In this document: positions 9,694 through 18,439 of the stretch, one piece after another
How positions within the stretch are numbered: position 1 is the first letter of the stretch
Layout: every line of letters starts with the position of its first letter
Assembly: GCA_038207085.1 (NCBI GenBank)
Contig: JBBRAE010000001.1
Location: 209,627-273,626, forward strand
DNA length: 64,000 nucleotides
Origin: Armatimonadota bacterium
Lineage (GTDB): Bacteria; Armatimonadota; UBA5829; DTLH01
Direction: 5' to 3'
Position numbers and translations under genes: made by a program
The notes under the pieces: model-generated
Database searches by the model: none
What the model was told of the DNA's origin: nothing
The model's input: only the letters and a program-made list of their open reading frames with translations

Positions 9694-10874
9694 CGGACTA
9701 TCCCAAGCTCTTTTCCGACCCGGCCAAGGGCATCGAGCGCCCGGTCGAGATGTTCACGCGTATGCTCTGAGGTCACAATGGTGCGCACGCGCGACTTCTC
9801 CTCCGGGACAGTCGGGTAGCCGATCCCCTGGGCGAACACGCCCTGCTCGAAAAGCCTGTCAGAGAGTCTCATCACAAGCTCGCCTCGCCCGACGATGATC
9901 GGTGTGATCGGCGTCTCGCTCGATCCTGTGTTGAACCCAAGTGTAGCAAGTTCACTCTTGAAGTAACGGGTATTCTCCCAAAGCCGCGCTATTCTCTGGG
10001 GTTCAGAGAGAAGCACATCGATTGCGGCGATGCAGGTGGCTATGACAGACGGCGGATGCGACGTGCTGAAGAGTAGTGGTCGAGCGCGGTGGATCATGAG
10101 CTCGCGAACCCGTTCGCCGCAGGCCACGTACCCGCCCATCGCCCCTATTGCTTTTGAAAGTGTCCCAACTTGTATGTCTACCCGCCCGTGGAGGCCGAAG
10201 TGGTCCACCGTCCCGCGGCCGTTTTGCCCCAGTACCCCGCTTGCGTGGGCATCGTCAACCATCAGGATCGCGCCAAACTCATCAGCAAGGTCAGCAAGAG
10301 CAGGAAGCGGGGCGATGTCGCCGTCCATGCTGAACACCCCGTCTGTTACGATCAGCTTCTTGCGATATTCGCCAGACTCACTCAAAATGGCTCTGAGGGC
10401 ATCTGTATCGCGGTGCGGAAAGACCTTCCGGGTCGCTTTGGTGAGCCGCAACCCGTCGATGATGCTTGCGTGGTTGAGCTCGTCGCTGATCGCGAGGTCG
10501 CCTTCCTCCAGGATAGACCCAAGCACCGCAAGGTTCGCCACAAACCCGGACTGCAGAACGAGAGAGGTCTCCGTCTTCTTGAACTCGGCAAGTTTTTGTT
10601 CGAGTGTCTCGTGAATCGACATCGTTCCGGCGATTGTTCTGACCGAAGCCGTCCCCACCCCAAGTTCTTCTATCGCACGGATCGCAGCCTGTTTCAGCCG
10701 GGGGTGAGTGGTAAGCCCGAGGTAGTTGTTGGAAGACAGGTTGATGACCTCGCGGCCGTCGAACCTCGACACGGGCAACTGCTCACCGTCAAGCACCCGC
10801 AGACGGCGGTAAAGCCCCTTCTCTTTCAGAGAATCAAGAGTGGCGTCTACGAAATCGAGCGCACGAGCCGTCAC
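9690..10874 (-). CDS. kbl: Glycine C-acetyltransferase (2-amino-3-ketobutyrate CoA ligase)
   Basis: SSNNYLGL, DELNHASIIDG, DGVFSMDGD, VDDAH and GTLSKA PLP motifs; GTGA overlap with tdh. Confidence 0.93.
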   Translation of the reverse strand: MTARALDFVDATLDSLKEKGLYRRLRVLDGEQLPVSRFDGREVINLSSNNYLGLTTHPRLKQAAIRAIEELGVGTASVRTIAGTMSIHETLEQKLAEFKKTETSLVLQSGFVANLAVLGSILEEGDLAISDELNHASIIDGLRLTKATRKVFPHRDTDALRAILSESGEYRKKLIVTDGVFSMDGDIAPLPALADLADEFGAILMVDDAHASGVLGQNGRGTVDHFGLHGRVDIQVGTLSKAIGAMGGYVACGERVRELMIHRARPLLFSTSHPPSVIATCIAAIDVLLSEPQRIARLWENTRYFKSELATLGFNTGSSETPITPIIVGRGELVMRLSDRLFEQGVFAQGIGYPTVPEEKSRVRTIVTSEHTREHLDRALDALGRVGKELGIVR

Positions 10875-11914
10875 TTTGGCACCTCACCGTTGGGATATAG
10901 CAGCACCTTGCCGCACTGCCCAGAGGCCATTATCTCCATAGCGCGATCGATGTCTTCAAATCGCATCCGGTGGGTGATGATCGGGAAGAGGTCGACCCTG
11001 TGCGACTGTATCAGCCTGGTTGCCTGGTACCACGTCTTGAACATACGCCGTCCGTGTATTCCCTGGACGATCAAACCCTTCAGAACAACATCGCTTCCGA
11101 TATCGATTTCAACCGGCGACTTTGGAAGCCCAAGAAGCGACACCCTGCCTCCCGCGCGGGCCATTTTGAATGCAGATGTGATGGCGTCGGGGTCGCCTGA
11201 CATCTCAAGCACTACGTCGAAACCGACGCCCTCGGTCAACTCCGTCGCTGCTTGAACTGCGCCATTCCCCCCGTTAACCACGGCGTCCGCTCCGAGTTTC
11301 CTGGCGAGCGCGAGTCGGAAGTCGGATATGTCAAACCCAACCACACGGGTTGCCCCAGCCGCCCGAGCGATCGGAATAGCGGCAAGACCGATCGGGCCAC
11401 ATCCGACGACCGCCACAGTCGTCCCAGCGATCTCGCCCGAGAGCACAGTGTGGACTGCGTTGCCGATGGGGTCGAAAATCGCGCCAACTTCGGCGGGAAT
11501 CTCCGGGGCGAGCTCCCAGACGTAATGCTCGGGCATCACGAGGTACTCGGCAAAGCTGCCGTTTCGGTCGATCCCGCAGACCTCGACGTGTGAACAGACA
11601 TGTGCCTGGCCTGTTTTACATTGATAGCAGTGTCCACAGGTGATGTGACACTCGGCGGTGACCAAGTCCCCAACTCGAACGCGACGGACCTCCGACCCGA
11701 CCTCAACCACCTCTCCGCAGAACTCGTGCCCGAGGACCACGGGCAGTTTCAGACGTTTAGCCGACCATTCGTCCCACGAATAGACGTGCAGATCCGTGCC
11801 ACAGATCCCGGCTATCTTGATCTTGATCAAGACGTCCCCGGGGCAGACGGTTGGCATTTCAACCTCCACTACGTCCAGGCCGGGTAGTGGAAACACCTTC
11901 GCGATCGCTTTCAT
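10871..11914 (-). CDS. tdh: L-threonine 3-dehydrogenase
   Basis: ICGTDLH, GHEFCG, CGHCYQC..C zinc site, DPIGNAVHT, GRRMFKTWY; adjacent to kbl. Confidence 0.95.
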   Translation of the reverse strand: MKAIAKVFPLPGLDVVEVEMPTVCPGDVLIKIKIAGICGTDLHVYSWDEWSAKRLKLPVVLGHEFCGEVVEVGSEVRRVRVGDLVTAECHITCGHCYQCKTGQAHVCSHVEVCGIDRNGSFAEYLVMPEHYVWELAPEIPAEVGAIFDPIGNAVHTVLSGEIAGTTVAVVGCGPIGLAAIPIARAAGATRVVGFDISDFRLALARKLGADAVVNGGNGAVQAATELTEGVGFDVVLEMSGDPDAITSAFKMARAGGRVSLLGLPKSPVEIDIGSDVVLKGLIVQGIHGRRMFKTWYQATRLIQSHRVDLFPIITHRMRFEDIDRAMEIMASGQCGKVLLYPNGEVPK

Positions 11915-12042
11915 AATTCCCTCGACTCAAAGGCAAGCTGCTTTTGTGATACCCAGGGTAAATATTTCCCACACAAAGCAGTCGCCTGCTCGGTGTGAAC
12001 AAACTGTACGGGAGGGTATCATGACGGTGCAGGAGGACTACT

Positions 12043-12426
12043 ATGGACCTGAATACAACGTTCCCACGGGCAGGCGAGATGCTGCTCGGTGGTTATCCCT
12101 GGGTTGCTCGCATGTCAGACAAGGCGCGGGCTTACAACGAAGGCACTCTCGGTGACTTTATCTATCCATGCCCGATCGACAAGGAGATGCTTGCGGAGCT
12201 CAATCTAACCGGAGAAGAGTTCGCGGAGATTGCCGAGCAGTGCCCGACCGATATCGACCTGCTTAACGAGCTTGGGTTACCCGAGGACAACAAAGACCAC
12301 GATGTTCATCGCTGGGCGATGGAGTTTCTGTCTAACCGGCACGATAGCCTGATGAGGCAAGCCGAGGAGGAAGGCCGTGTCTACCATCCTCCTGACAGCA
12401 TTGAGATCATAAGGCCATTTGCGTAG
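12043..12426 (+). CDS. DUF5069-family protein
   Basis: DL...PR...LGGY.W.ARM.DKARA...GTLGDFIYPCPID pattern; AGGAGG RBS. Confidence 0.8.
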   Translation: MDLNTTFPRAGEMLLGGYPWVARMSDKARAYNEGTLGDFIYPCPIDKEMLAELNLTGEEFAEIAEQCPTDIDLLNELGLPEDNKDHDVHRWAMEFLSNRHDSLMRQAEEEGRVYHPPDSIEIIRPFA

Positions 12427-12461
12427 ATTAGGACGAGTGGTGGGCGGTTAACCACTTCCCA

Positions 12462-13583
12462 TCACTCGTCGCTCACTTTCCCCCTGGCCCGTGCCTTGAG
12501 AGCGTTGGAAACCGCAGGCTTTGCCTTTACCCACAGCCAGTACCACAGAGGCGAGAGCACCATGTCGTACTCCCCGATATACTCAACGTAGCGGGGAGAA
12601 AAGCCTTCTTTAAAGCGATTAAGGCCCTGGAGGTGATCGTCGTCCTCGCTCGCACCACGCCTTGGCGAGACTCCGCGGAAATCGTACCACTTACACCCTG
12701 CCTCTTTGGCCCACTGGATGGCTACCCACTGCATCAGGTGGTTTGGCATCAGGTTGCGGTGCTCATTGCTCGATGCGCCGTAGACGTACCATGCGCGGTC
12801 ACCGATGATGAAGTTGAATGCGCCGGAGATGACCTGTCCTTCGTGATAAGTGAGGAAGAGCTTGACGAAGCCTGAGGGCTCAAGGATGTCCCACATCGTC
12901 TCAAAATAGCTAAAGCCACGCACCAAAAACTCGTCGCGCTTTGCTGTGACTTGCAGAACATCGTAAAACGCCCGCAGGTCTTCTCTCGTGCAGTCACTTT
13001 TGACGGTGACTCCCTTCTTCTCGGCAAGCCGGATGTTGTAGCGCCATTTGGGCTTGAAGCTTGCGAGTAGGTCGTCTATGCTCTGGTCGAGATCGAGCTG
13101 CATCACGCACTTTGGCTGAGTGCCGCCAAACCCTGTCGGGTCGGCGACAAGCTTGAAGCCCGCCTGCTCGATATTCAACGCGGAAACGCTGTCCTCAATG
13201 GGAACAGGTGGGTCGATTTTGAGAAGTATCGCGCCATGCTTCAGCGCGATCGCACGCAGGCCTGCTGTAAACTCTGAAACGAGTCGCGGGTCGATAGTGT
13301 CCATAACCGGGCCGCGCGACACGTAAGCGATGAACTTGCCGGTCCTTGGGATACTGCGAAGTAGCACGGAGGCAATGGCGACGATCCTTCCGGATTCGTC
13401 CTCACCGACTACCCTCACGGGCCTCCAGCCACTCTTAGCTTTTACATCTCCCCATTCCCAGGACTGCATAAGGTCGCCGGTCGGGAAATTGGCGACAAAA
13501 CCGTTAAAACTGGCCTTTTCGGCCTCGGGTATCTCTCGAATATTCACGCGGAAAATTGTACCACCACCGGCGTATTCCGTCAA
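12462..13583 (-). CDS. FemABX-family peptidoglycan bridge aminoacyltransferase (FemX-like)
   Basis: QSWEWGDVK, YVSRGP, KWRYNIRLAEKKGV, YVYGAS, YDFRGV and GLNRFKEGF; start may be GTG at 13547. Confidence 0.92.
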   Translation of the reverse strand: MTEYAGGGTIFRVNIREIPEAEKASFNGFVANFPTGDLMQSWEWGDVKAKSGWRPVRVVGEDESGRIVAIASVLLRSIPRTGKFIAYVSRGPVMDTIDPRLVSEFTAGLRAIALKHGAILLKIDPPVPIEDSVSALNIEQAGFKLVADPTGFGGTQPKCVMQLDLDQSIDDLLASFKPKWRYNIRLAEKKGVTVKSDCTREDLRAFYDVLQVTAKRDEFLVRGFSYFETMWDILEPSGFVKLFLTYHEGQVISGAFNFIIGDRAWYVYGASSNEHRNLMPNHLMQWVAIQWAKEAGCKWYDFRGVSPRRGASEDDDHLQGLNRFKEGFSPRYVEYIGEYDMVLSPLWYWLWVKAKPAVSNALKARARGKVSDE

Positions 13584-13608
13584 TCAAAAGATATCGAGCA
13601 CCCAGGGA

Positions 13609-13977
13609 TTAGCCCTGGTTCTGCCTGACTTTCAGTGCTGCAAGAGCCTCTTTGGCCTTCTGATAGAAAGGTTCGATGTCGAGCGCCTTCTCATACTCGT
13701 ACTCCGCCTCGGCCAATATGCCGGTGGCTTCGTAGGCCTGAGCTATATTGTAGTGGGACTTGGCGACATCTGGTGCTACCTGCACGGCGAGCTTGAACGC
13801 GCCGATCGCCTTGTCCATACGTCCCTTGCTCGCGTAAGCCGCGCCGAGATAGTTGAACACGCGGTAGTCGGACTGACTGAGTCTGGTAGACTCCTCAAGT
13901 TCGGCTATCGCCGTATCCAAGTCGCCAGCCTTCATAGCCGTGAGACCAAGCTGAAAATGTATCTGTTCTTGCTCCAT
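13609..13977 (-). CDS. Small TPR-repeat protein
   Basis: Three TPR-like repeats (HFQLGL.., FNYLGAAY.., SHYNIAQAY..); AGGAGG RBS before ATG 13977. Confidence 0.88.
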   Translation of the reverse strand: MEQEQIHFQLGLTAMKAGDLDTAIAELEESTRLSQSDYRVFNYLGAAYASKGRMDKAIGAFKLAVQVAPDVAKSHYNIAQAYEATGILAEAEYEYEKALDIEPFYQKAKEALAALKVRQNQG

Positions 13978-14071
13978 ATCAAATATCCTCCTGTGCGTCC
14001 AGTATATAGCGCAAAGCACACATGTGTAAAGATCGGCTAAATGGTGTAAATTGTTCAGAGCCAGCTGATGA

Positions 14072-14459
14072 GCCCTGTTCCTAGGTTACTACTACTCGCA
14101 GACCACTGACCGTTACGCTGACGCGACCAAAATCCCAAATCCGACAACTCACAGCGGCACGGTTAAGGTCTATGGGCTGACACCCGGACAGTATACGCTG
14201 GAGCGATGGAGCACCACAGACACCAACCCGGCCACCCAAGTTACGTCAACGTCTACGATCACCGTTGGATCAGACGGAATCGCGACTGTTTCGACTAGCA
14301 GCATAACCTGCGGCGTGGAGTTCAAAATCAAGCCAGCTGGCGCGCCAACCCCTCCTCCTCAGCCGACTCTCAAGCAGCACAGGAAGAGTCTCGTGGACGA
14401 TATCGAGCGTTGCTTCTGGGGCATCTGGAACGGTCACCTTCCAGGTTAAAGTCAACTGA
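14072..14459 (+). pseudogene. Start-less, frameshifted 3' remnant of a secreted modular protein ending in a DUF11-like strand
   Basis: Open frame with no start reads GYYYSQ..GTVKVYGLTPGQYTLERWST..PTPPPQP; another frame continues VSWTISSVASGASGTVTFQVKVN-stop. Confidence 0.7.
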
Positions 14460-14464
14460 TTCCC

Positions 14465-16627
14465 CTACCCCAAATAGAGAATATTGACTACGGAGTTCAT
14501 CGCCCGCTGGGTCCGCTCGGTCTCGGTGGCGATGAACTCGTCGCTTGTCTCCGTCCGAAACGCGCGGGATGCGATGTGGGCAAGGATGTCGTGCACCGCA
14601 GCGCTGTGGCCTATCTTCAGGAGCTCTCGGATGCGTGCGGCAAGCCCATCAAAGCCAGTCGTGCCCGCCTTTAGTTCATCCTCAAATACCTGCACGGCCT
14701 CAGAGACGAAACGCAGGCGTTCGATTGGGTTCGCCTCAAAGTCTACTGACCGTATCGGAAGACGTCGCACATCCTCAAGCTCGATCTGAGGCTGAACCAT
14801 CTTGTACCCCGTAAAAGCGCGAAATACGTAGTCGCTCATCAAGCGTGAGTTCAGTATGGCAAGCAGATAGAGATAGTGATACTTGCCAGGCCCAAGCTTT
14901 ATCCCGTATACGGACTGAGGCACGACAAAACCGTGGTCGTCGTAAGCGGCGACTACCCTCGCAGAGCTCTTCTGAAGGACGATCTTGGGGCCGCTGTACC
15001 AATCCAGAGGCTTCCGCACAGCCTCTCTGCTGATACCAAGGCCCTCCCAGGCGGTTCGCCCGCGGTGGATGCTCTCCCCGCCAAGGAGTATCGGCATATC
15101 TCCGGCAGAGGCCGCAATCTTTCGCTTGCCGATCTCTTCACCACGAAATACCCTATCGACAATATCTACTTCATTGAGAAAGACAAAGGGTGTTGCGACG
15201 TTCGTAAGTGATTTCTCTGGCCCGTGGATGCGCTCAAACACTCCCTCATAGGCCGAGTCGACCAGATACAACACTTCAGAGCGCGGCTGGGCAAGCGCGA
15301 ACGATGGGCGAACCGTCCTTGCCTGTCGAAACGTCGCGAGCTTGGGGTCGAGTTCGAAAGCCTTCCTGTCCGGGGTAGTCTCCAGTCTAAGAACGGGAAA
15401 TGCGCGACCATCGGAAGGTGTGTTTGCGGCTACAAGAATAATGTTTGCCACGTGCGCCCCTGGAAACGCGCCAGCGACGTGAACGACGCTTCGAACGGTC
15501 CACTTTTTGAGAAGCTTCTCGCGAACAGCGGTTGCGTTGGTGCGCACAAGAAACGGGTCGGGGAGCACCATCGAAAGAGCCCCTCCGGGTTTGACGAGGT
15601 CTTTTGCGATCACGCTTTCGAGAAACAGCAGATAGTAGTCGCTCTGCCCTTTCACACCGTGGACGGCTTGATAATCGGCCATAGCGGAGTTCTTCGCCGC
15701 AACATACGGCGGGTTGCCGATTACCGCGTCAAAGCCGGGGTACCCGGCAAATAGCCCAAAAGCATCGGGGAATCGATCGTTCCATGAGAGTTCGCCGTTG
15801 CCAGAAAGAGCGTCCGCGCAGACGAGGTGGCTTGCGATCATAGAAGCGTCAGCACGACCACCTGACTCGAGCCACAGGAGGAACCGGGCGATGTCTACGG
15901 CGATTGGGTCGATGTCACAGCCGTAGATGCACCAGGTTGCGATATATCCTGGGTCAGCGCTCTCCGAAAGCCTGTGAAGTGCCCCTACAAGGAAGTCGCC
16001 GGCGCCCATCGCCGGGTCAAGCACACGCGCCATCACGGGGTCGCTGACGCGCCCGAGCGACTCATGAACTATGTAGTCGATGATATATCCAGGGGTGAAG
16101 AACGCGCCGTTACGTTTGCGACTGCTTGAGTCAGCGCGTAGACGCACGCCGGGTGGGTCAGGGACGATCTCGGGGCGGCGATCCAGAAGATATTCGTAGA
16201 GCAAGCTTATCCAATTTGCCGGGATAGAGCCGAAGTAGACGCTGGATATTGCGGGGTCGCTTCCGGATCCCAGTAGCTGCCTCAGGATGACCCGGGCGTG
16301 CTTTGCGGGCACGGATTCACCATCGGTGGACTTCAGCAGGTCTACGCCTGTCGTCTCCCCACAGGAGATCAGACCGGCACAAGCCTTGCTCCAGCTCCCT
16401 CGACCAATCGCGACATCCCTCATGGAAGCACACGACTTTGCCACTCCGCCGATATCCCGAGAATCGAGAATAAACGCGCCGAGGATGCTGAAGACGAATC
16501 GAATGGCGGTCCTGTAGGAAGTCTGAGGATCGGAGGTATCGGAGACGAGCCCAGCCGTAGCTACAGCCACCGCTCCTGCGGCTCGTGAACAAAACTCAGT
16601 AAACTCTTTGCTCTGCCGGGTTATCAT
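14465..16627 (-). CDS. N6-adenine DNA methyltransferase (Eco57I/TaqI-like gamma class) with C-terminal target-recognition domain
   Basis: GAFFTP, motif I DPAMGAGDFL, IYGCDID, motif IV VIGNPPY, TaqI_C-like YLLAILNS. Confidence 0.88.
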   Translation of the reverse strand: MITRQSKEFTEFCSRAAGAVAVATAGLVSDTSDPQTSYRTAIRFVFSILGAFILDSRDIGGVAKSCASMRDVAIGRGSWSKACAGLISCGETTGVDLLKSTDGESVPAKHARVILRQLLGSGSDPAISSVYFGSIPANWISLLYEYLLDRRPEIVPDPPGVRLRADSSSRKRNGAFFTPGYIIDYIVHESLGRVSDPVMARVLDPAMGAGDFLVGALHRLSESADPGYIATWCIYGCDIDPIAVDIARFLLWLESGGRADASMIASHLVCADALSGNGELSWNDRFPDAFGLFAGYPGFDAVIGNPPYVAAKNSAMADYQAVHGVKGQSDYYLLFLESVIAKDLVKPGGALSMVLPDPFLVRTNATAVREKLLKKWTVRSVVHVAGAFPGAHVANIILVAANTPSDGRAFPVLRLETTPDRKAFELDPKLATFRQARTVRPSFALAQPRSEVLYLVDSAYEGVFERIHGPEKSLTNVATPFVFLNEVDIVDRVFRGEEIGKRKIAASAGDMPILLGGESIHRGRTAWEGLGISREAVRKPLDWYSGPKIVLQKSSARVVAAYDDHGFVVPQSVYGIKLGPGKYHYLYLLAILNSRLMSDYVFRAFTGYKMVQPQIELEDVRRLPIRSVDFEANPIERLRFVSEAVQVFEDELKAGTTGFDGLAARIRELLKIGHSAAVHDILAHIASRAFRTETSDEFIATETERTQRAMNSVVNILYLG

Positions 16628-16676
16628 GCTCGCTCCCTATAAAGGGTTTGACAACGGCCCGGTAACTCCTCCTTGG

Positions 16677-17447
16677 TCAAGCAGCTTTTTGCAGTGGTTT
16701 TCTTGCCAAGATCATGAGAATAACGCCGAATACGACCACAGCAGCGATGCTCGCAACCTGTGCCTGGGTGAGCCCCCAAAACCAGACCTCCGCCGTTGCG
16801 CCTTTTCGAATGAACTCGATTCCAAAGCGATACACAGAGTAGAGCACGAGGTAGCTGAAGAACACGAAGCCCCGCGGCCGCTTCAATCGCTCAATGCGAG
16901 TGAGCAGTGCGAATATTACCAGGCTGATGACAAAAGCGTAGAGCTGTGCGGGGTGACGAGGGTCGGTGAGCGCGCCGGAAGCATCGGTGAAGCGAACCCC
17001 CCAGGGTAGATCGGTATGCACGCCGTAGCAGCAGCCATTCAGGAAGCACCCAATGCGGGCAAACGCATATCCGATCGCGGCCGATGGGGCGAGCAGATCG
17101 GCGAACTTCAAGAAGTCGAGTCGTTTAGCCCTGACATACACGGCAAGGCAGGCAATTGAGGTAACCAATCCACCGTGGAACGAAAGACCGCCCTGCCAGA
17201 TTTTACCGGCTTCGGCAAATATACCCCATCCCGCGTGCGGCACTGCAAGCAGCAGGTAGAGCAGGCGACAGCCTATAATCCCCGAAATGAGCATTAGAAC
17301 ACACGCATCGACGACCTGCGACGACGGTATGCCACGCTTTTCGCAGACCTTTGTCGCTCTCCACAGACCGATCAGGAAGCCGAAAACGAGAAAAGTGCCG
17401 TAGGCATGAACGGGTATAGGGCCAAGTTGAAAGAGAATAGGTCTCAT
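16677..17447 (-). CDS. lgt: Prolipoprotein diacylglyceryl transferase
   Basis: GGLSFHGG, RIGCFLNGCCYG, RHPAQLY and RFGIEFIR motifs. Confidence 0.96.
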   Translation of the reverse strand: MRPILFQLGPIPVHAYGTFLVFGFLIGLWRATKVCEKRGIPSSQVVDACVLMLISGIIGCRLLYLLLAVPHAGWGIFAEAGKIWQGGLSFHGGLVTSIACLAVYVRAKRLDFLKFADLLAPSAAIGYAFARIGCFLNGCCYGVHTDLPWGVRFTDASGALTDPRHPAQLYAFVISLVIFALLTRIERLKRPRGFVFFSYLVLYSVYRFGIEFIRKGATAEVWFWGLTQAQVASIAAVVVFGVILMILARKPLQKAA

Positions 17448-17481
17448 CAGTAATATCTACGTCCCGCAAGTGGAAAATGTC

Positions 17482-17994
17482 TCACGAATGATGGCTCTCA
17501 GCCGGAGCGCTAGCACTTTTCCCCCCGCGTTCTCTTTCGGCGATGATGGTGTGGCACATCAGCATAACCACACCGACGACGATCGCTATGTCGGCAACGT
17601 TGAATGTGGGCCACGTCACCATACGTCCGGCGATCGACACCCCGAAATCCAGAAAATCCGTGACGGGGCCGAAGACAATGCGGTCGATCAGGTTTCCAAG
17701 AGCCCCACCAAGAAGCAGGCCGAGGGCGACCGCCAATAGCTTGCTCTTGGCGCGCTCTTTTCGGAGCGCAAACACAGCGAGCACCGCAGCGAGGCCAATC
17801 AGTATCAGTAGTGGCGGCCAAGAGCCCATCAAGCCAAACGCCGCGCCGGGGTTCTCCACCAAACGGAGCGAGAAAAAGCCTGGAACGACCTCTACCTTAT
17901 GGCCGAATTCGAGCACATGCCTCGCGGCGGCCTTCGATACCTGGTCCGCAACAAGCGCGCCAACCGCGGCTATATAGAACGCGGCCTTGCCTAT
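17482..17994 (-). CDS. lspA: Lipoprotein signal peptidase II (start uncertain: ATA at 17994, or TTG at 18018/18027)
   Basis: DQVSK, NPGAAFG, GGALGNLIDR, VTDF and FNVAD motifs. Confidence 0.95.
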   Translation of the reverse strand: MGKAAFYIAAVGALVADQVSKAAARHVLEFGHKVEVVPGFFSLRLVENPGAAFGLMGSWPPLLILIGLAAVLAVFALRKERAKSKLLAVALGLLLGGALGNLIDRIVFGPVTDFLDFGVSIAGRMVTWPTFNVADIAIVVGVVMLMCHTIIAERERGGKSASAPAESHHS

Positions 17995-18368
17995 CTTCCC
18001 TCTACTATATCCTGACAATCTATGCAAAAAGTCGCGTAAGGCAAAGCTTTAAGCCTCTCTCGACTGATTTCCCTTTCGCAGCGGTCACAAATCCCATAAG
18101 TGCCAGCCTCGATCTTGCCGAGCGCACGGTCGATATTGGCGATCAGGTCATCGACGTTTCGATCAAGCGCAAGGTCCTTCTCCCTCTCAAAGGTCTCCGT
18201 GGCATAGTCAGCGGGATGATTGTCGTAGTCGGCAAGCTCGCTGACTTCGTCGGCCTGATTTTCTTCACTGTTACGACGAGCGATACGCTTGGACTCGCTG
18301 CACAACCGCTCACGGTCCCGAAGGAGCGCTTCCTTGAACTTCTCTATATCAAGTCGTCTGGTCGCCAT
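17991..18368 (-). CDS. TraR/DksA C4 zinc-finger family protein (YteA-like)
   Basis: DNHPAD, GTYGICDRC..ISRERLKALP.ATFCIDC. Confidence 0.93.
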   Translation of the reverse strand: MATRRLDIEKFKEALLRDRERLCSESKRIARRNSEENQADEVSELADYDNHPADYATETFEREKDLALDRNVDDLIANIDRALGKIEAGTYGICDRCEREISRERLKALPYATFCIDCQDIVEGR

Positions 18369-18439
18369 AAGGCAGTACCCCCGTAAAGTATTTTTCTAAT
18401 CACTCTCGGCGGAACCGACCTCAGGCGACCGACCAACTA

